The notes beneath the pieces were generated by a model. It was not told where the DNA came from. It ran no database searches and was given only the letters and a program-made list of their open reading frames with translations. A DNA stretch of 63,589 nucleotides, counting the filler, from Sluysia triapertura (lineage: Eukaryota), in the NCBI GenBank assembly GCA_046118255.1. It is 4 parts of 4 records of this genome, joined end to end, with 100 filler letters (N's around TTAATTAATTAA, not from the genome) between each part and the next. Parts side by side here need not be neighbours in the genome. Positions count along the whole stretch, not along the records: positions 12,702 to 26,723 come from JBJNIA010009211.1; 3 more parts are not named here. One strand, written 5' to 3'. The position numbers were made by a program, and so were the translations under genes. Below are positions 13,579 to 26,823 of the stretch, piece by piece (position 1 is the stretch's first letter; the number at the start of each line of letters is the position of its first letter).

Positions 13579-14341
13579 GTCGTCGGCAAATTTTACAAGT
13601 ACAATCTGATGGTTTGCAAACTGTCACAGATTCCGAACCATTGTGGAGTTATGTAACACTTAGTGTATTACAATGGTGTTTAGCATTCAGTTTGGTCTGG
13701 ATTAGTAGTTGGAATAAACGATACAAATTTCAGAAATGGACTACTATATCTTTTCAATTTGTTTTACAAAAATTATTTGGTTATTTTATTGATCCATTTC
13801 GATTATGTCGGCAACAAAATAATGTTAAATTGGCATTATCAGAGGTTGGTTTTTATGACATGGCATTAATGAATAATATCATAGATAAGGATTTTACAAT
13901 TTGTTTTTAATATATGTCTGTTAAATGTAAAATTAAGCGTTTAATTTTAATTACATGAATTATTGATTAATTTTAATTAATATTTTATATTTTGAGATTA
14001 TTTATAATATTTAGAAAATGAATTTAAATTTAATTACTTGTTACTTATAAATTATATTTATTTTGTTACTATCAATAATAAGTATAATATATTAATTATA
14101 AATATATTAATTATAGATTCAACAGAAAAATAATCTTCAATATAACGAATTCATATCCATTTTAATGAAGTACGAATGTTTATTACCGAATCACTACGGA
14201 AAAATTCGTTTGATATTTTCAGTAATATTAATGTCAGTGGCAAATTTATTAAAATTTGCATTCTCTTATTCAACGTCTTCTGGGGAATCAATAGAATCGT
14301 ATTTAATTATCTATACAATTTATCTGGAATTTGTTATACGG
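13579..14341 (+). CDS. two exons (~13579-13843, ~14117-14341) of an unknown multi-pass membrane protein
   Basis: Open frames bounded by AG and GTTGGT, splicing in frame (LALSE|IQQKNN); hydrophobic segments. Confidence 0.6.
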
Positions 14342-15665
14342 GGTTGGTATAAAATGTTTATAATGAGAATAATGTGTCTTTAAACATAAAAGTTTACATT
14401 ATCAGTATTATAAAATTTAGATTGGCCCGAATTAATATACTATTTTATTTTTACCTTGATCTAGACAATCTCAACAACAAATACTTGTCATTTTAATAGC
14501 AATCTTTATTCTATAGCGCAAAAATCTTTTTATCATCATTTTGATTTTTAAAAATGAGTCACTGACCGAAACAAGAAGGAGCAAGATTTGTACTATAATT
14601 CCAATGCGTCAAAATCGTCTAATAATTAATTTTTTTCAGCATCTGAGATTTGGTGTTAAACCTTTCTTTTTAATTCTGAATAATGATCAATCACAATAGC
14701 TTCATTTCTTTTGATCTGATTATAAGAATGATTATTAAGAATGTATTGAAGTGGGTGATACCTTCAAAATTTCACCAAACGCAAATAATGGTTTTTAACA
14801 TCTATCTTTTTAACGACTAATCTTCTTTGTTAGTGGTTCATCTCATAATTCAGAATTTTACATTACTCTATTCACACACAAAAACAGAAATCACTCACTC
14901 AAAAAATCTCCATATATCAATTAAACAATCCATCACAATTTCTTAATCTCAATCTAATCCAGTTTTTACGAAACACTAACATTTTCTGTCCTGACTTTTT
15001 CAGTTGTCATTACCTATTAAAAAGTTCTATCTTTTCAAACTTTCGGCTTATGGTAACAATAGCAATTATTTTAATTATTCTTTATTTTAATCATTTCGGT
15101 CTTTCGTACTTTTGTCAACAATACGTACACATGTGAGAACAGTAACTAATATTCATTTATTGACTTTGTCATTCGTTGATATTTTACATTTATTATCGAT
15201 AATTTTCGTAGCCAACCTTGCTTATTACGAAACATGTTTATTTAATAGCAATTTATGTCGAATGTATTTGTTGACTGAATCTGTTTATTGGTTTGCAAGC
15301 ATTTTTATTGACAGCTCTTAGTATAGATCCATATATAGCTGTTTGACACAGTGCTATTGCGAGCTATTTGCATTATCATTTCAATTTTACTAATTTGTTG
15401 TATCTTATTATCACTATTAGCTATTGATCCAATATTTTTGAAAGAACAATCAAAACAATCACAAAACAGCAATAATATTGTAATTTTAAACATTACTAAA
15501 CGTATTTGTACACCGCTAATATTCCAATCATCGATATTTTTTATTGGTTTTAATATAACTGTTGTTTTAATCTATATATTTTCTGTTAATAAAAAATTCA
15601 AAAAATAATAGTGATCCATAATTTATGTCAATTTTTTGGAATTATTGTAAACGGCCAAACAAATT

Positions 15666-16262
15666 ATGTCAGAAAATGGAGATGAAATTTCTATCGATTA
15701 CGTTCTAGGTGATAGTCCAGAAACAAAGCCGGACTTACGAATTATTTGTTCTCAATGTCACAAGTGTTATGCGGAAGCAGTGATATTAAATTGTTTACGT
15801 GTTTTTGATAGAACGTGTTTATTAAATTTCGATTTTGGTGAAGGTATATTTCCAACAGTTACTCGTCCAAAATGTGGAATGCAAAGTGGAAATCCATTAG
15901 AAAATGAAGACAGTGAAGAAGTAAATGAATCTCAATGCGTGGATCGTGTTGGTCTCTTGTGTGAAAGGAGTAAAATCTTGCACAATGAGTTATGTTTTTG
16001 AGTTCTCATTTGGAAGTTAGTGAACTATCAGAAAGTCACAAAAATATTTTTCAACAAATGAACCTTTTAAACGTGATACACATTCTGATGAAAAGTATAC
16101 AAATTATTGTGTGCAATGCGGGATCTTCCTAATGAAATTAATCGATATGTCAAAAGTCGAAAAATGTCCAAATAAGAAAATAATTTAATAATGAAAAAAT
16201 TTAACTCAAGTTTAACTGAAGTTAATAATAATCAAGATGAAAATGAATTTTGTAATGGTTAG
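15666..16262 (+). pseudogene. intronless TRIM-like (RING-B-box-B-box) relic
   Basis: Degenerate RING CSQC..AVILNCLRVFDRTC..RPKC, B-box-like CVDR..CER..ELC, and B-box2-like (C)DTHSDEKYTNYCVQC at ~16072; stops and frameshifts. Confidence 0.7.
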
Positions 16263-18047
16263 CAAAATGCAATCGACGATCTGAATAAGTGTTCATAAAT
16301 TTGTCCAAATCGTTTTCCACATGTTTAATTTTACGTTTTTCGGCGTTTTTATATAATTTTTATATAAAATTTAAATGGTATTGAGTATTTTTGTTCATTT
16401 AATTTAATTTTTAATCTTTTCACAGTCCTCATGACTGTAACCTTTAATAAGATAAGTAATCGTAGGTTTGTTTCAAAAAAACATAAACTTTATTATTTCG
16501 TAAAGTAACAAATAACAAAGTTAAAAGTTTCTATTGTAATTATTTTCATTGTATAACAATATTTCATGAGATCAATAAATTCCTACGAAAACAATGATAT
16601 ATCCATTTTTATCATTAGTAACAACATTTAAAAAATTATTCCATAAATTATTTTAAAAAGTTATTCCATAAATATGTTCAAATTTGTAATCAAATCAAAC
16701 GGTATTCTTTCCAGTTTCAAATTCCGAGATATTTGAAGTTCACTTGAAATTGTCCGTACTATTTGAACTCGATTTGTTTCCGTACCATTTAAATATACAA
16801 TACTGAGAGAGCACGATTATTTTTTTGTCTTATCTCCAGATATTCATCAGTGGAGATATTATTGCACCATTTTTACATTGATAATGACAGAACTTTCTAC
16901 TTTAGATAACATTCCAACCATGTAATTCATTTATTTCATTCTTCATTATATTGAAATTCGAAAAATTCAATCAAAATAAATAATTAATTGAAATATAGAG
17001 TATCATTTTTAACCTTTCGTCTACCAAAGAAGTATGTATGAATTTTTCATTAGACAGTTTTATTTAATACATTTTATTTATTCTGTACATCATTATCGCA
17101 ATTCTCATGCATCATATTACTAGGAAATAACTCGATAATAAGTTGAATATTCCTCGTGTAGTGTCAATTTAAAAATATAACAATTTTTAATTATTTACCG
17201 ATTCCAATTCACAACGAATTATTTAAACAAAAATTCAGGATATACTAATACTACAAATATTGTGAAAATATGTCACTATATCTATCATAACAAGCATCTC
17301 TTAGATCACAAATAATGCATCTATTGTTAGCATGTTAATGAGATAAAGTCTTTTTAAAATGTCAGTCTAATATTTGGAATTTGAAATTATTATTATTATT
17401 CAATTGATAATCTTTATTATTTACATTATTTTCTCTTTGTACAAAGTACAAATACTAAAACTCGATTGATTAGATAAATGTTTTTTGGTTTTGATAATAT
17501 TATGTTAATGATTATTTATTTACCTTGAAATTAAAGGTTAATTTTTTATCTCTATCTTTTACGTTAATATTTTTGTTGTTTTGAACTTTAGAATTTACTT
17601 AGCAAATTAAATCATCCAATCACATCTTTCTGAGGCTTTTCTATTTTTATTATTATTATAATTATAATGATAATCATTGTAAAGTTAGCTTTTTATTTTA
17701 TCTGACTCTAGTGATTTCTTCGATCCCATTGTACAATTTCAGAATGTTGTCAAAAATAATTATATAAAATCTTAATTTATTGATTATTTGCCGTTAGTTA
17801 CACAACGAAGTCATTGCTATCGTTTTTTGTTAAACTATTGATGTATGTCCATCAATAGAAATTAGATATCTATGATTTGGAGTCACACGATACGTCGCAC
17901 AACGTTGTGTCAAGGTCAAATATGGTTGTGCATAATAAATTATAAATTTAGCAAACATTTGTGTTTTGTTTCTTGGCTAATAGACTCAACGGAATTAAAA
18001 CTGAGTATTTAAAGGTTTTTTATTTCAACAATAATGATGCGCATTAA

Positions 18048-18504
18048 CCCTTTCACCAATTGGTTCCACTCGTATTTCTGCAAGTTTCTCAGGCTAAGCA
18101 GGTCATGTTACATATTGTTTTAGAGGATTAAATGAGGACAATGTTTTGCATAATCGTTTCTGTTTTTAAAGTGTGTGCACAAAGTTACTTCAATAATATG
18201 CCACCATTTTGTGAGAAAAATATTATAAAGTCTAAAGTTATTATTACTTTTGTTAGAAGATGACATATTGTTTTAGAACATTCCACACTATATTATACTT
18301 TGATAGAGAATACTAAATTTACCAATTTTCACATTTTATGCTATTTTATTGAAAATTCATGAAAAACTATACATTTTTATTAATTTTGAAATTAACACTA
18401 ACACATGTGGCGCCAGCCTTTTAATGGCTTTTCTCACACATATTTCATATGATCTCTCAAATAATTTTATGTTCACAAAAATGCGCTCACTGGCGGTTAA
18501 AGGG
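18048..18504. mobile_element. piggyBac-like non-autonomous element
   Basis: TTAA|CCCTTTCACC ... GGTTAAAGGG termini; right TTAA degenerate. Confidence 0.5.
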
Positions 18505-18886
18505 TAGAAAGTAGAAAGGCGAATTACATATTTTCACTTGTGATAACTAGTATTTATCATAAAATGTTAATAAATTTTTAATTATGACAATAATTTTATC
18601 TTTCATAACAATAATTTTTAATTGTGCATGTTAAGAAATATGACTGATAATGTCTGAAATAAGCAATATGAAGTAGTACCTGTAATTTAAATAAATGGTA
18701 CTATAAAACGAATATTTGATTGTATGTAGAAATAAATGAATGAATATAAATATATGTAGCTAAAAAATTGTATGATGATAAATACTAAAATATTGAATTT
18801 AATAATATGTAATTAATTTTGTTTCATAAATTTGAATATAGAATAAAATAAATAAATTTAATAATAAATTATATAATCCATGCATA

Positions 18887-19030
18887 CAGTAACTACTCTC
18901 TTATCCTCCAAAAACGGGACTATGAAAAAAGGTAGCGGTTTCTAAAAAATGGCGGCTTTTTGAGTAAAAAATTAAAAATTAGACATTCATTTTCGCAAAA
19001 ATAAATTGGCGGATTCCAGAAAATGGCGTA
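18887..19030. mobile_element. pogo/Tigger-like terminal fragment
   Basis: TA|CAGTAACTACTCTC start with repeated GGCGG subterminal motifs; no partner end found. Confidence 0.3.
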
Positions 19031-19399
19031 TAATTGTATGTTTTTAATAGTAGTTTAATAACCAATGTAAAATGACCAAAACAGTATATAAGTTGCAATA
19101 ATACAATAATACTAGCTGGTAATTTACACGGTGTTTTATCGATAAATTCGAATATTATATTCAATATCTTGATTTCATATACAGTACTTTGGTCGATAAA
19201 CTTGAAAATTTTACAGTATATTGGACAATACATTTTATAATTTGCAAAGTGATTAATTTAAAGAAAGTAAGTGAATGTATCATTATTTTCCTGCATAAAT
19301 TTTAAAAATATTAAAAATAATTTTTGTAAAAGTTTGTGTGGTGGTCAACCATCACTATTATCAAATTTTATAAAAAATCCTTTAACATTTTAACATTCA

Positions 19400-19900
19400 C
19401 ATATTTATTTTATCTACATTCACTAAAACAGTTCATCTGCCAAAGTCAATTTATATCCACAATCTTATAACATATAAACCACATTGACATCCAATACCAT
19501 CAATTTACATCAACAGATTCATCAAAAATATTTCACTCGACATTCATAACAATCAAACTACAACCACATTCGAAATTATCCACCCGACACCTTCGAATCA
19601 ATTCCAACATTTTAAATTCATCATTTGTTATCATTTAATCCCTAACAGCACAAAAGACAATACCACTTAAAAATAGCAAGAGAATAAATCACATTATCAC
19701 TCTTCTCAATGTATCGTTAGGCCACAATATACCAATATTCAAATATTACTTTCAGTCAAAACATTAATCACCATCTAAAAAATTCATTAAAACGTTCTAC
19801 ATTTTACTGCATAGCATTAGAACTGCTATCATATCTTGAAACATCAATTATGTCAAACTAACATATATGTCAAACTAACTCAAACCAACCTTCACTTAAA
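19400..19900. repeat. C/A-skewed dispersed repeat
   Basis: homologous to 4960-5460. Confidence 0.65.
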
Positions 19901-20269
19901 TATCTTTAGTTTTAAATATATTTAAATATGTTAAGAAATCTTGAAGGATTTAAAGTAAGATCATGTACAATTTTTAAAGAATTCAATAATAACGATAACA
20001 TTGTCGCTCTTGTTATTATTGTTATTAGACTTAATACTACCATTTTTAATTCTAGCTTCCAAGTATTATAAAGAAAATATAAATATAAAATATAAAGAAA
20101 ATTAAAGAAAGGTCGTCTAAAACTCGGAAAGAGTTTATGCAATTTAACAACAATAATAATAATAACATTGTGTTATTATTATTATCATTTTTACGATTAT
20201 CATCAACTTTCGTCCTAAATTTTCATTTACCACTCATAGCAACTATATATTTCATTGCAAAATTTAATT

Positions 20270-20480
20270 ACCATTAGCTGTCATCAGTTGACAGATATTT
20301 CAAATCAATTGTTACCCTTTTGTTAGCTGTCCACTATTGACAGCTCATTACACGACAATCTATTTGATTTTCTACTCATGCTGACTGCCCAATAAAAGTT
20401 CGTATTTTTGTTATACTGGTCATATTCACTTTGATTGGGCAGACAATCACGATATTTGTCTACAAAAATTAAACAAACGT
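20270..20480. promoter_or_regulatory. hairpin/inverted CCAAT module
   Basis: CTGTC/GACAG palindromes and ctgcccaataaaagt/actttgattgggcag (20385-20442), directly upstream of the CCCH gene. Confidence 0.5.
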
Positions 20481-20593
20481 CTGAAATAAAAATCAATAAT
20501 TGACTAAAAGCTTCCATTAATTATTAAAAATTTGTGATTGTTTAAAAAAAAGTATAAAAAATTTTCCATTTCGATAAATAAAAAAATAATCAC

Positions 20594-21800
20594 TTGTTTT
20601 ATATGTATAAAAAACAATTTGAGTTTAAACTTAAGGCGTTAACGAAAATATTTGATGAAATGATTTTTAGGAACACGATTGATGATATAATATTCGGTAA
20701 CAGATGTTCTTTTGCTTATACTGTAGGTGAAGCATATTTAAACAAATATAGGAGTGAAATACATGTACCTCGTGTAAAATTAACTCTTACTAAAATGGAG
20801 TCTATTAGTAATTTAGTGGGTGCAATATTGTTATGTTCTCAGGTATACGTAAGTCTACTTAGACAAATACAAAACGTTCTTAATGAAGTCAACGATCAAT
20901 TTATTCTCCAACAACATTATTATCTCCGAAAAGATTTTCTGAAACAAGCATCAAATGAAATTTGTCTTGTTATTAGCGATGAACCTAAATTCGTGCTTAT
21001 TCCGGCACTCTATCATAATAAAAAATCAAGTAATGACTACTTTAATCATTTAAAAAAATTAAATCAATTATGCCTTTGGGTTAACTCTGTTCAGAATTGG
21101 CGAGATAATATATTTGAAACATCAACTTAAGATACTGAAAAGAATTACAACATGCAATTGAAATGTCACGAATTAAATAAAGATTATATTTATATTAAAG
21201 GTCAATCATTTCAAAATACGCCATGCTACAGAATAATTAGTTCAGTATTCTGTACTAAAGCAATCCAATTTAATAGACAATCTTATCAGTTAAATTCAAG
21301 TCTAATACGTGAATTAAACAGAAAATTATACAATGGTTCAAAAAGATGCAATGATACAGCAAACCGTCATGAGAACAAAGATCATCGTGAAGTTAATTAT
21401 AAAGAATGATGTGCACTTACCCAGCTGATCTAAGTGGATTGTGCTTGAAATACAGGATTACTTGCAGCTATGCACACAACGTTTATCAATTAGAAGATGC
21501 AATATTGTTTGGCGTTTCGTGTTTGTCACAAAACACTAGATTGGAACAGTTTTTGCTTTCACTTAATGTCCAGTTGGCTGGTGATCGGATGGTAAAGAAG
21601 ATCGAGCAACCTTGTCAAAACAACGATGATATTACAAGCGAGGTAAACAATTACAAATTTTATAATAAAACTTATTTATACATGATTTTTATTTCAGATG
21701 TCAAGATCCTGAACATGGTCGGAGAAGCTATTTGGAAAAATTTAAAGTTCATAGAAATTAAAACTAATTTTACTTTCGTTATTTTTTGTTATTTAAAATT
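20594..21800 (+). pseudogene. CCCH zinc-finger cargo gene, copy 1
   Basis: Three abutting ORFs; C-x9-C-x6-C-x3-H at 21412-21477; candidate intron 21643-21697. Confidence 0.7.
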
Positions 21801-21949
21801 AGTCGTTAATAATTACCTAAGACCTATAAAAGTAATTAAATCTTTACAGTTGTCTTTATTACTATGTAAACTCCTAGCCTTTTTCCCTGAGAAAAAAGCA
21901 TGTTTTAAGTGGTCATATTGATAATTATCGTCTTCTACTGAATCGTAGC

Positions 21950-22417
21950 AGAATTTGAATTGACGCTATTAGAAATTGATTCTATCTGAATATTCGAATA
22001 TTTTTTTGTTTTAGTCGATTATTCGTTTTCTTCCTTTTCTTAAAATTGTTTTGATTCTGAATTAAATTTTAACCGCTTATAGGATGCATTATCAGATAAT
22101 GGTGACTGCTCAATCCATTTAGCTTGTTTCATTTTGAATAATATCTAATTCATCCATTTTCTTTGAGCAAAAATTCTATTTCTTTGTCTTGTGGAGTTAT
22201 GATTTGTTGTCGTCGCATGTCGAATAATTCAACATTGAGATTTTTCAATTTCTTGCATTGAGAAAGCATCATTTAGATGTTTTTTTGTCTTCCTCATATT
22301 TTCTTCATTAAATTCGTTCAATTAAATGTTTCTTTTCCAATTCGAGTATCTGTTTTCGGAACTTTTATATTCGTTGTTTAATTTATTGTTTACTTCTTGA
22401 TATAGTTCATCTGACAT
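21950..22417 (-). pseudogene. degenerate coiled-coil ORF convergent with the CCCH gene
   Basis: MSDELYQEVNNKLNNEYK..FRKQILELEKKH.. heptad-like, frameshifted. Confidence 0.4.
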
Positions 22418-24077
22418 CTTGAACAATGATATTGTGATATAATATCATTGTTATAATATTGATTGTAAGAAATATATTTATACGATTTCTAATAACAATT
22501 AATTAAATATGATCTTGATACATTTTACTATTTATTTTAATAATAATACTATTTTAAATAACTTACATTATTATTAATTTGAATCGTAAGTGTCGTTAAG
22601 ATTAATTTTGATTCAAATTTTTAAAACATTTGAGTAAATAAAATTATTTTTAACGATAAAATTGTTACTGATCTTCATATTTTTAAGATAAATTTTTAAC
22701 ATTTTATTGATAAAATATTAAACTATACGTTAAATTATTGTTATCAATTGTGATAAATTACATTATTACATAAATAATTGTTTAATATAAATAAATTATT
22801 GTTTAGTTCATTTTCATTTTTAAACTAAGGGATTTGGAATAAAGTTACAAAATCAAATCGAAGTCATATAAGTTTCTATAATAAAATAGAATCATTGTAA
22901 CATAAATAAAGTATTAAAATAAAGTCTCAAAGTTGAATAACAATGAAGTATAATTGTACGGAATTATTCAAGATATAGTCAGACAATAATAGGAGTTTAA
23001 CAAAATACGACTCTAAAGAATAAATTAGTTACTGAGCACATCTATCTCGAATAGCTGAGACGAGTATTCGAATTCATACCTTCTCATAAAGTAAATATAA
23101 TCTACTAATATAGAGCATAGATATCACTTGTAAAATAAATTAGTAAAAGAAGTGTACGTAAACAATAATAATTTAGCCTATCGAATTTTGATTTACATTT
23201 CCCAGACAAAATTTTAAAGTTTAAATCATATAAAGTATACATAACTATTCATTAGCTGTAAATCAGAGAAGCTTCAACAAAATTACTGCCAGAAATAAAG
23301 AGTTCGTTTAAAAACATTCATCTACTCAATAACAAAAATTTAACATATATATATAATAAACTAAATTTGATAATATACAGATTACAGACGAGTGAAATTA
23401 GAGCTAGTTTGAAACTAGAATTACAGAAACAAACGAAACAAACTGAGGAATAAAATTTTTAAATATTTAAGTAGATGAAGGACAGGTAAGAAAGCTTATT
23501 ATATTATTAACCAAGAGCATTCACCTTAAGTGAAGCGACTTATATTTAAGCAACAACGCATTTTACTTTATTTGAAGCAAAGAATTTAACCAAACATTTT
23601 AAGCAAAGAAACTTAATTTCGTAATTATTACATTTTGGTCAGAATTTCATAGTTATTAATCCGAATCGGGAATCATAAATAGTTATACAATTATCGCACA
23701 ATTAAGTTAAACACATATTTGCCGCAATTCAAAAATACAAAAAAATTTAACTTCATAATGATCTTCACATTAATCAACCGAAACTATTTTTGTAACAATT
23801 ATTGTTTCGTGAAGCACGTATTATTGATCTTCATTATTTTAACGTTCAGGTTTTTTATTTAGACGTTGCAGTTATTGAAAAATTGAAGACTTGTCCAAAT
23901 ATAAGTTAATTAACAGAAATGACTCCATTTAGGTTGATCAATGGCTTTATAGGAAAATTTTAATAAATATATTCTTAAAAAATGTGATCAATCGATTTTT
24001 CACATAAGTTATTGATTGTAGAAGCATTTTTTGTTTAAGAATTACAAAAACCAGTTATTAAAACATTAAACACTAAC

Positions 24078-24468
24078 AATGCAATCTTCATAAGAATCAC
24101 ATTTCTTTTGGATTGATAAACAATGTTTAGGAATTAAAGAGTCACGTTGATATACAATACCAGCTCGACATAGAACAGGACATGATATATCAGTGAGAGG
24201 TTTCTGGTAAGCACACGTTTCTTGTAATCGAATATGGTTTGGATTCTTATTTGCTGGATCATTTGGTTGTAAAAGTAGTGGTGCAGGACAAGCACATCGA
24301 AATTTTACAGCTCTATTGATTGGATTTGAAGAAAAGATAAGAGAAGGACCTGCAATAACTCCAAGATCAATTGGTAATGTGGACACACAAAGATGACTGC
24401 ATGGTTTTAAGGCACCATTGCTTTGAGAACAAGGGTGAATTCGTTCTATTGCGCCGACTGAAGACAAT
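24078..24468 (-). CDS. exon of an LDL-receptor-related (LRP-like) protein: EGF-like module plus LDL-A module
   Basis: HPCSQSNG..CSHLC..FRCACP..TC then C..C..CLSIQKKCDSYEDC; TTATTAG acceptor and GTTAGT donor on the minus strand. Confidence 0.85.
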
Positions 24469-25040
24469 CTAATAAAATATATAAAATAAAAAAATATTAA
24501 TAAAATGATAGTAAAAAAATTAGTTGGCATAAATAAACATATTTGTTATTTCGAATGTGGTCTTATTTCCTCCAAATTCAAAATTTAATATTTTACCAAA
24601 AAAAATGAATAATGATTTCATAGATAAACAATGAATTCAATAATAGAGTTACAAACATTTCAAATTCAATTAGATTTAAAATGCTCACGTTTTCTAAGAT
24701 TGAACTGTGCAAAATTTTAAGGATTATCATATGAAAAATCACAACAAAATGTGTTTGGTGGCATAAATAAAAGAAATATGGTTTTAAATATACATATAGA
24801 AATCTACCTGTAAATAGTGTTACCATAAAACTAGAAGCACTCAAAGTTTACATACGTTTATTAATATGTTTCATCTAATAATATCTAATAATAAAAAATA
24901 CTAAGATCACATTATAGAACCGATTTAAAATATAGAAATCAAAAAGAGCATCAACTAAATTAAGAACTTTAAAATATGTTGAGAAGATAAAAGGAATATA
25001 AGAAAGCTTGTGTTGACATTTAAAGAATCTATGTATTTTC

Positions 25041-25041
<1 letters not shown>

Positions 25042-25084
<43 letters not shown>
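25042..25084. repeat. (AAT)n microsatellite
   Basis: perfect run. Confidence 0.95.
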
Positions 25085-25139
25085 GTAAAATTATTATTAT
25101 AATTATCACCATTTTTATTTTTCATTAGTCTTGTACTTT

Positions 25140-25370
25140 AATAATTATATTAACCAATAATTACTACTATCAATGGTGACACTATTGGTTTCTATGTATA
25201 AATTCTTGTCATCATTGATAGTGGCTTACTCATTTTAATTTTATTTATTTCTAATGCCATTATTGTTTGTTTTACAGTGTTTGGATGACTGCCTAATTAA
25301 AACTATTTACAACATCAATTATAAGCGTTTTGATTGGGCAGCCACTCAGATACAGAACAAAAATCAGCAA
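25140..25370. promoter_or_regulatory. hairpin/inverted CCAAT module
   Basis: ctatcaatggtgaca/tgtcatcattgatag and gactgcctaattaaaac/gttttgattgggcagcc (25287-25343). Confidence 0.5.
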
Positions 25371-25399
25371 TAATATGTAAAAATAATAAATTTTGTTAA

Positions 25400-26400
25400 A
25401 TGGTGTTCACAGAGAGATAGCCACAAGATTATTATTACGAATTTTTGATTATGATCAAAGATGGTAATTGCATGACTTATTAAAAGTAATTCTTATGATA
25501 TGCGGTGATTGTAGTCAACGAACGTTGCCTATTACAATAAATGATTTTCTAATAAATATGCATCAACCATTAAACTATTTAGATATTAGATTAAATTGAG
25601 AGAATTATCTAAAGAATAAGGAATTAATGTTTGCGTTTGTCATACAAGGAACACCTACGTGCAAGAAAAAGCAAGAAGTTCATCCTCTCTGTGAAATTGT
25701 TAAAGAAAAAAGAATAAAAACATATTTTATCGAAAGAAGTACTAATTCCCATGATAGTTTTAGTATCTTTAATGTGGAATCAGAAAAACTCCATGTTCCC
25801 GAACAAATGAATTTGCACCAAATGTTGCTAATCAAAAATTTATCATCAATAACTGACAACAATCTGGATATTTCTGTCTACATCATAAAGATATTAGAAG
25901 GGTATATCGAATTTATAGTAGACATCGATACTGTTAGAACGAACAATATAGTCAAGTTGTCAACACCATCCACAAGAATAATGAAATTCCAAACATATAA
26001 AGTTGTTCGAGCAAATAATTGACATTCTTGTTATTTTAAAACCGCTATGTGTCCTTATATCACAATACTGAATGCTAAATGTTCCAGATATGGTAAGCAA
26101 TGTATGTACGCACATAATGTTGCCGAATTAAAAAACAAATTCATTCGATCATCTTAGTAGAATTCACAACCTGATAAGTGAATTGACTTCAAACCAAATT
26201 CATCAAAAGAATGATCGTAATATTAAAGTAATTAACGTTTATTTACTTTATAAAACTATGATTTTCATTTCCTTTATTTACCTTATTTTCAATTATTTAG
26301 GAAACAAATAAAACAGATGGCAAGGTACACTCAGAAAAAAATAAACTTTGATAACTTAAATTCATACTTAAATGTTGTAAACTCTAGAGAAATAAAGTTT
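25400..26400 (+). pseudogene. CCCH zinc-finger cargo gene, copy 2
   Basis: Reading through stops gives YFKTAMCPYITILNAKCSRYGKQCMYAHNVAEL (finger at 26050-26115); candidate intron 26228-26300. Confidence 0.7.
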
Positions 26401-26646
26401 TTTTGTGTTGGTTTTTATATCGTATATATCTTGTATTTATTTTTATATAATACAAAAATGAAAATTTATCTAAAATTACGAAATATTCATAATTAGTATG
26501 TTTACTACCAAAATAAAAATATATAATTTCATTAACGTAATTATTAAATATTATTCGAAGTTAAGTTTAAATGGTTTAAACATATTTAATCATCTATTTT
26601 CACAACAACTACAAAAAATTATTATTTACTTTAGCATTAAGTACAG

Positions 26647-26716
<70 letters not shown>
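26647..26716. repeat. (ATT)n microsatellite at contig end
   Basis: perfect run. Confidence 0.95.
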
Positions 26717-26723
26717 GTATTAG

Positions 26724-26823
26724 NNNNNNNNNNNNNNNNNNNNNNNNNNNNNNNNNNNNNNNNNNNNTTAATTAATTAANNNNNNNNNNNNNNNNNNNNN
26801 NNNNNNNNNNNNNNNNNNNNNNN
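26724..26823. other. artificial contig linker
   Basis: N44-TTAATTAATTAA-N44. Confidence 0.98.

Noticed and set aside
16620-17000. coding-like minus-strand stretch (YQCKNG)
   Set aside because: Multiple stops, no consistent domain and no splice sites.
26498-26779. poly-Leu ORF
   Set aside because: Translation of a (TTA)n microsatellite running into the linker.
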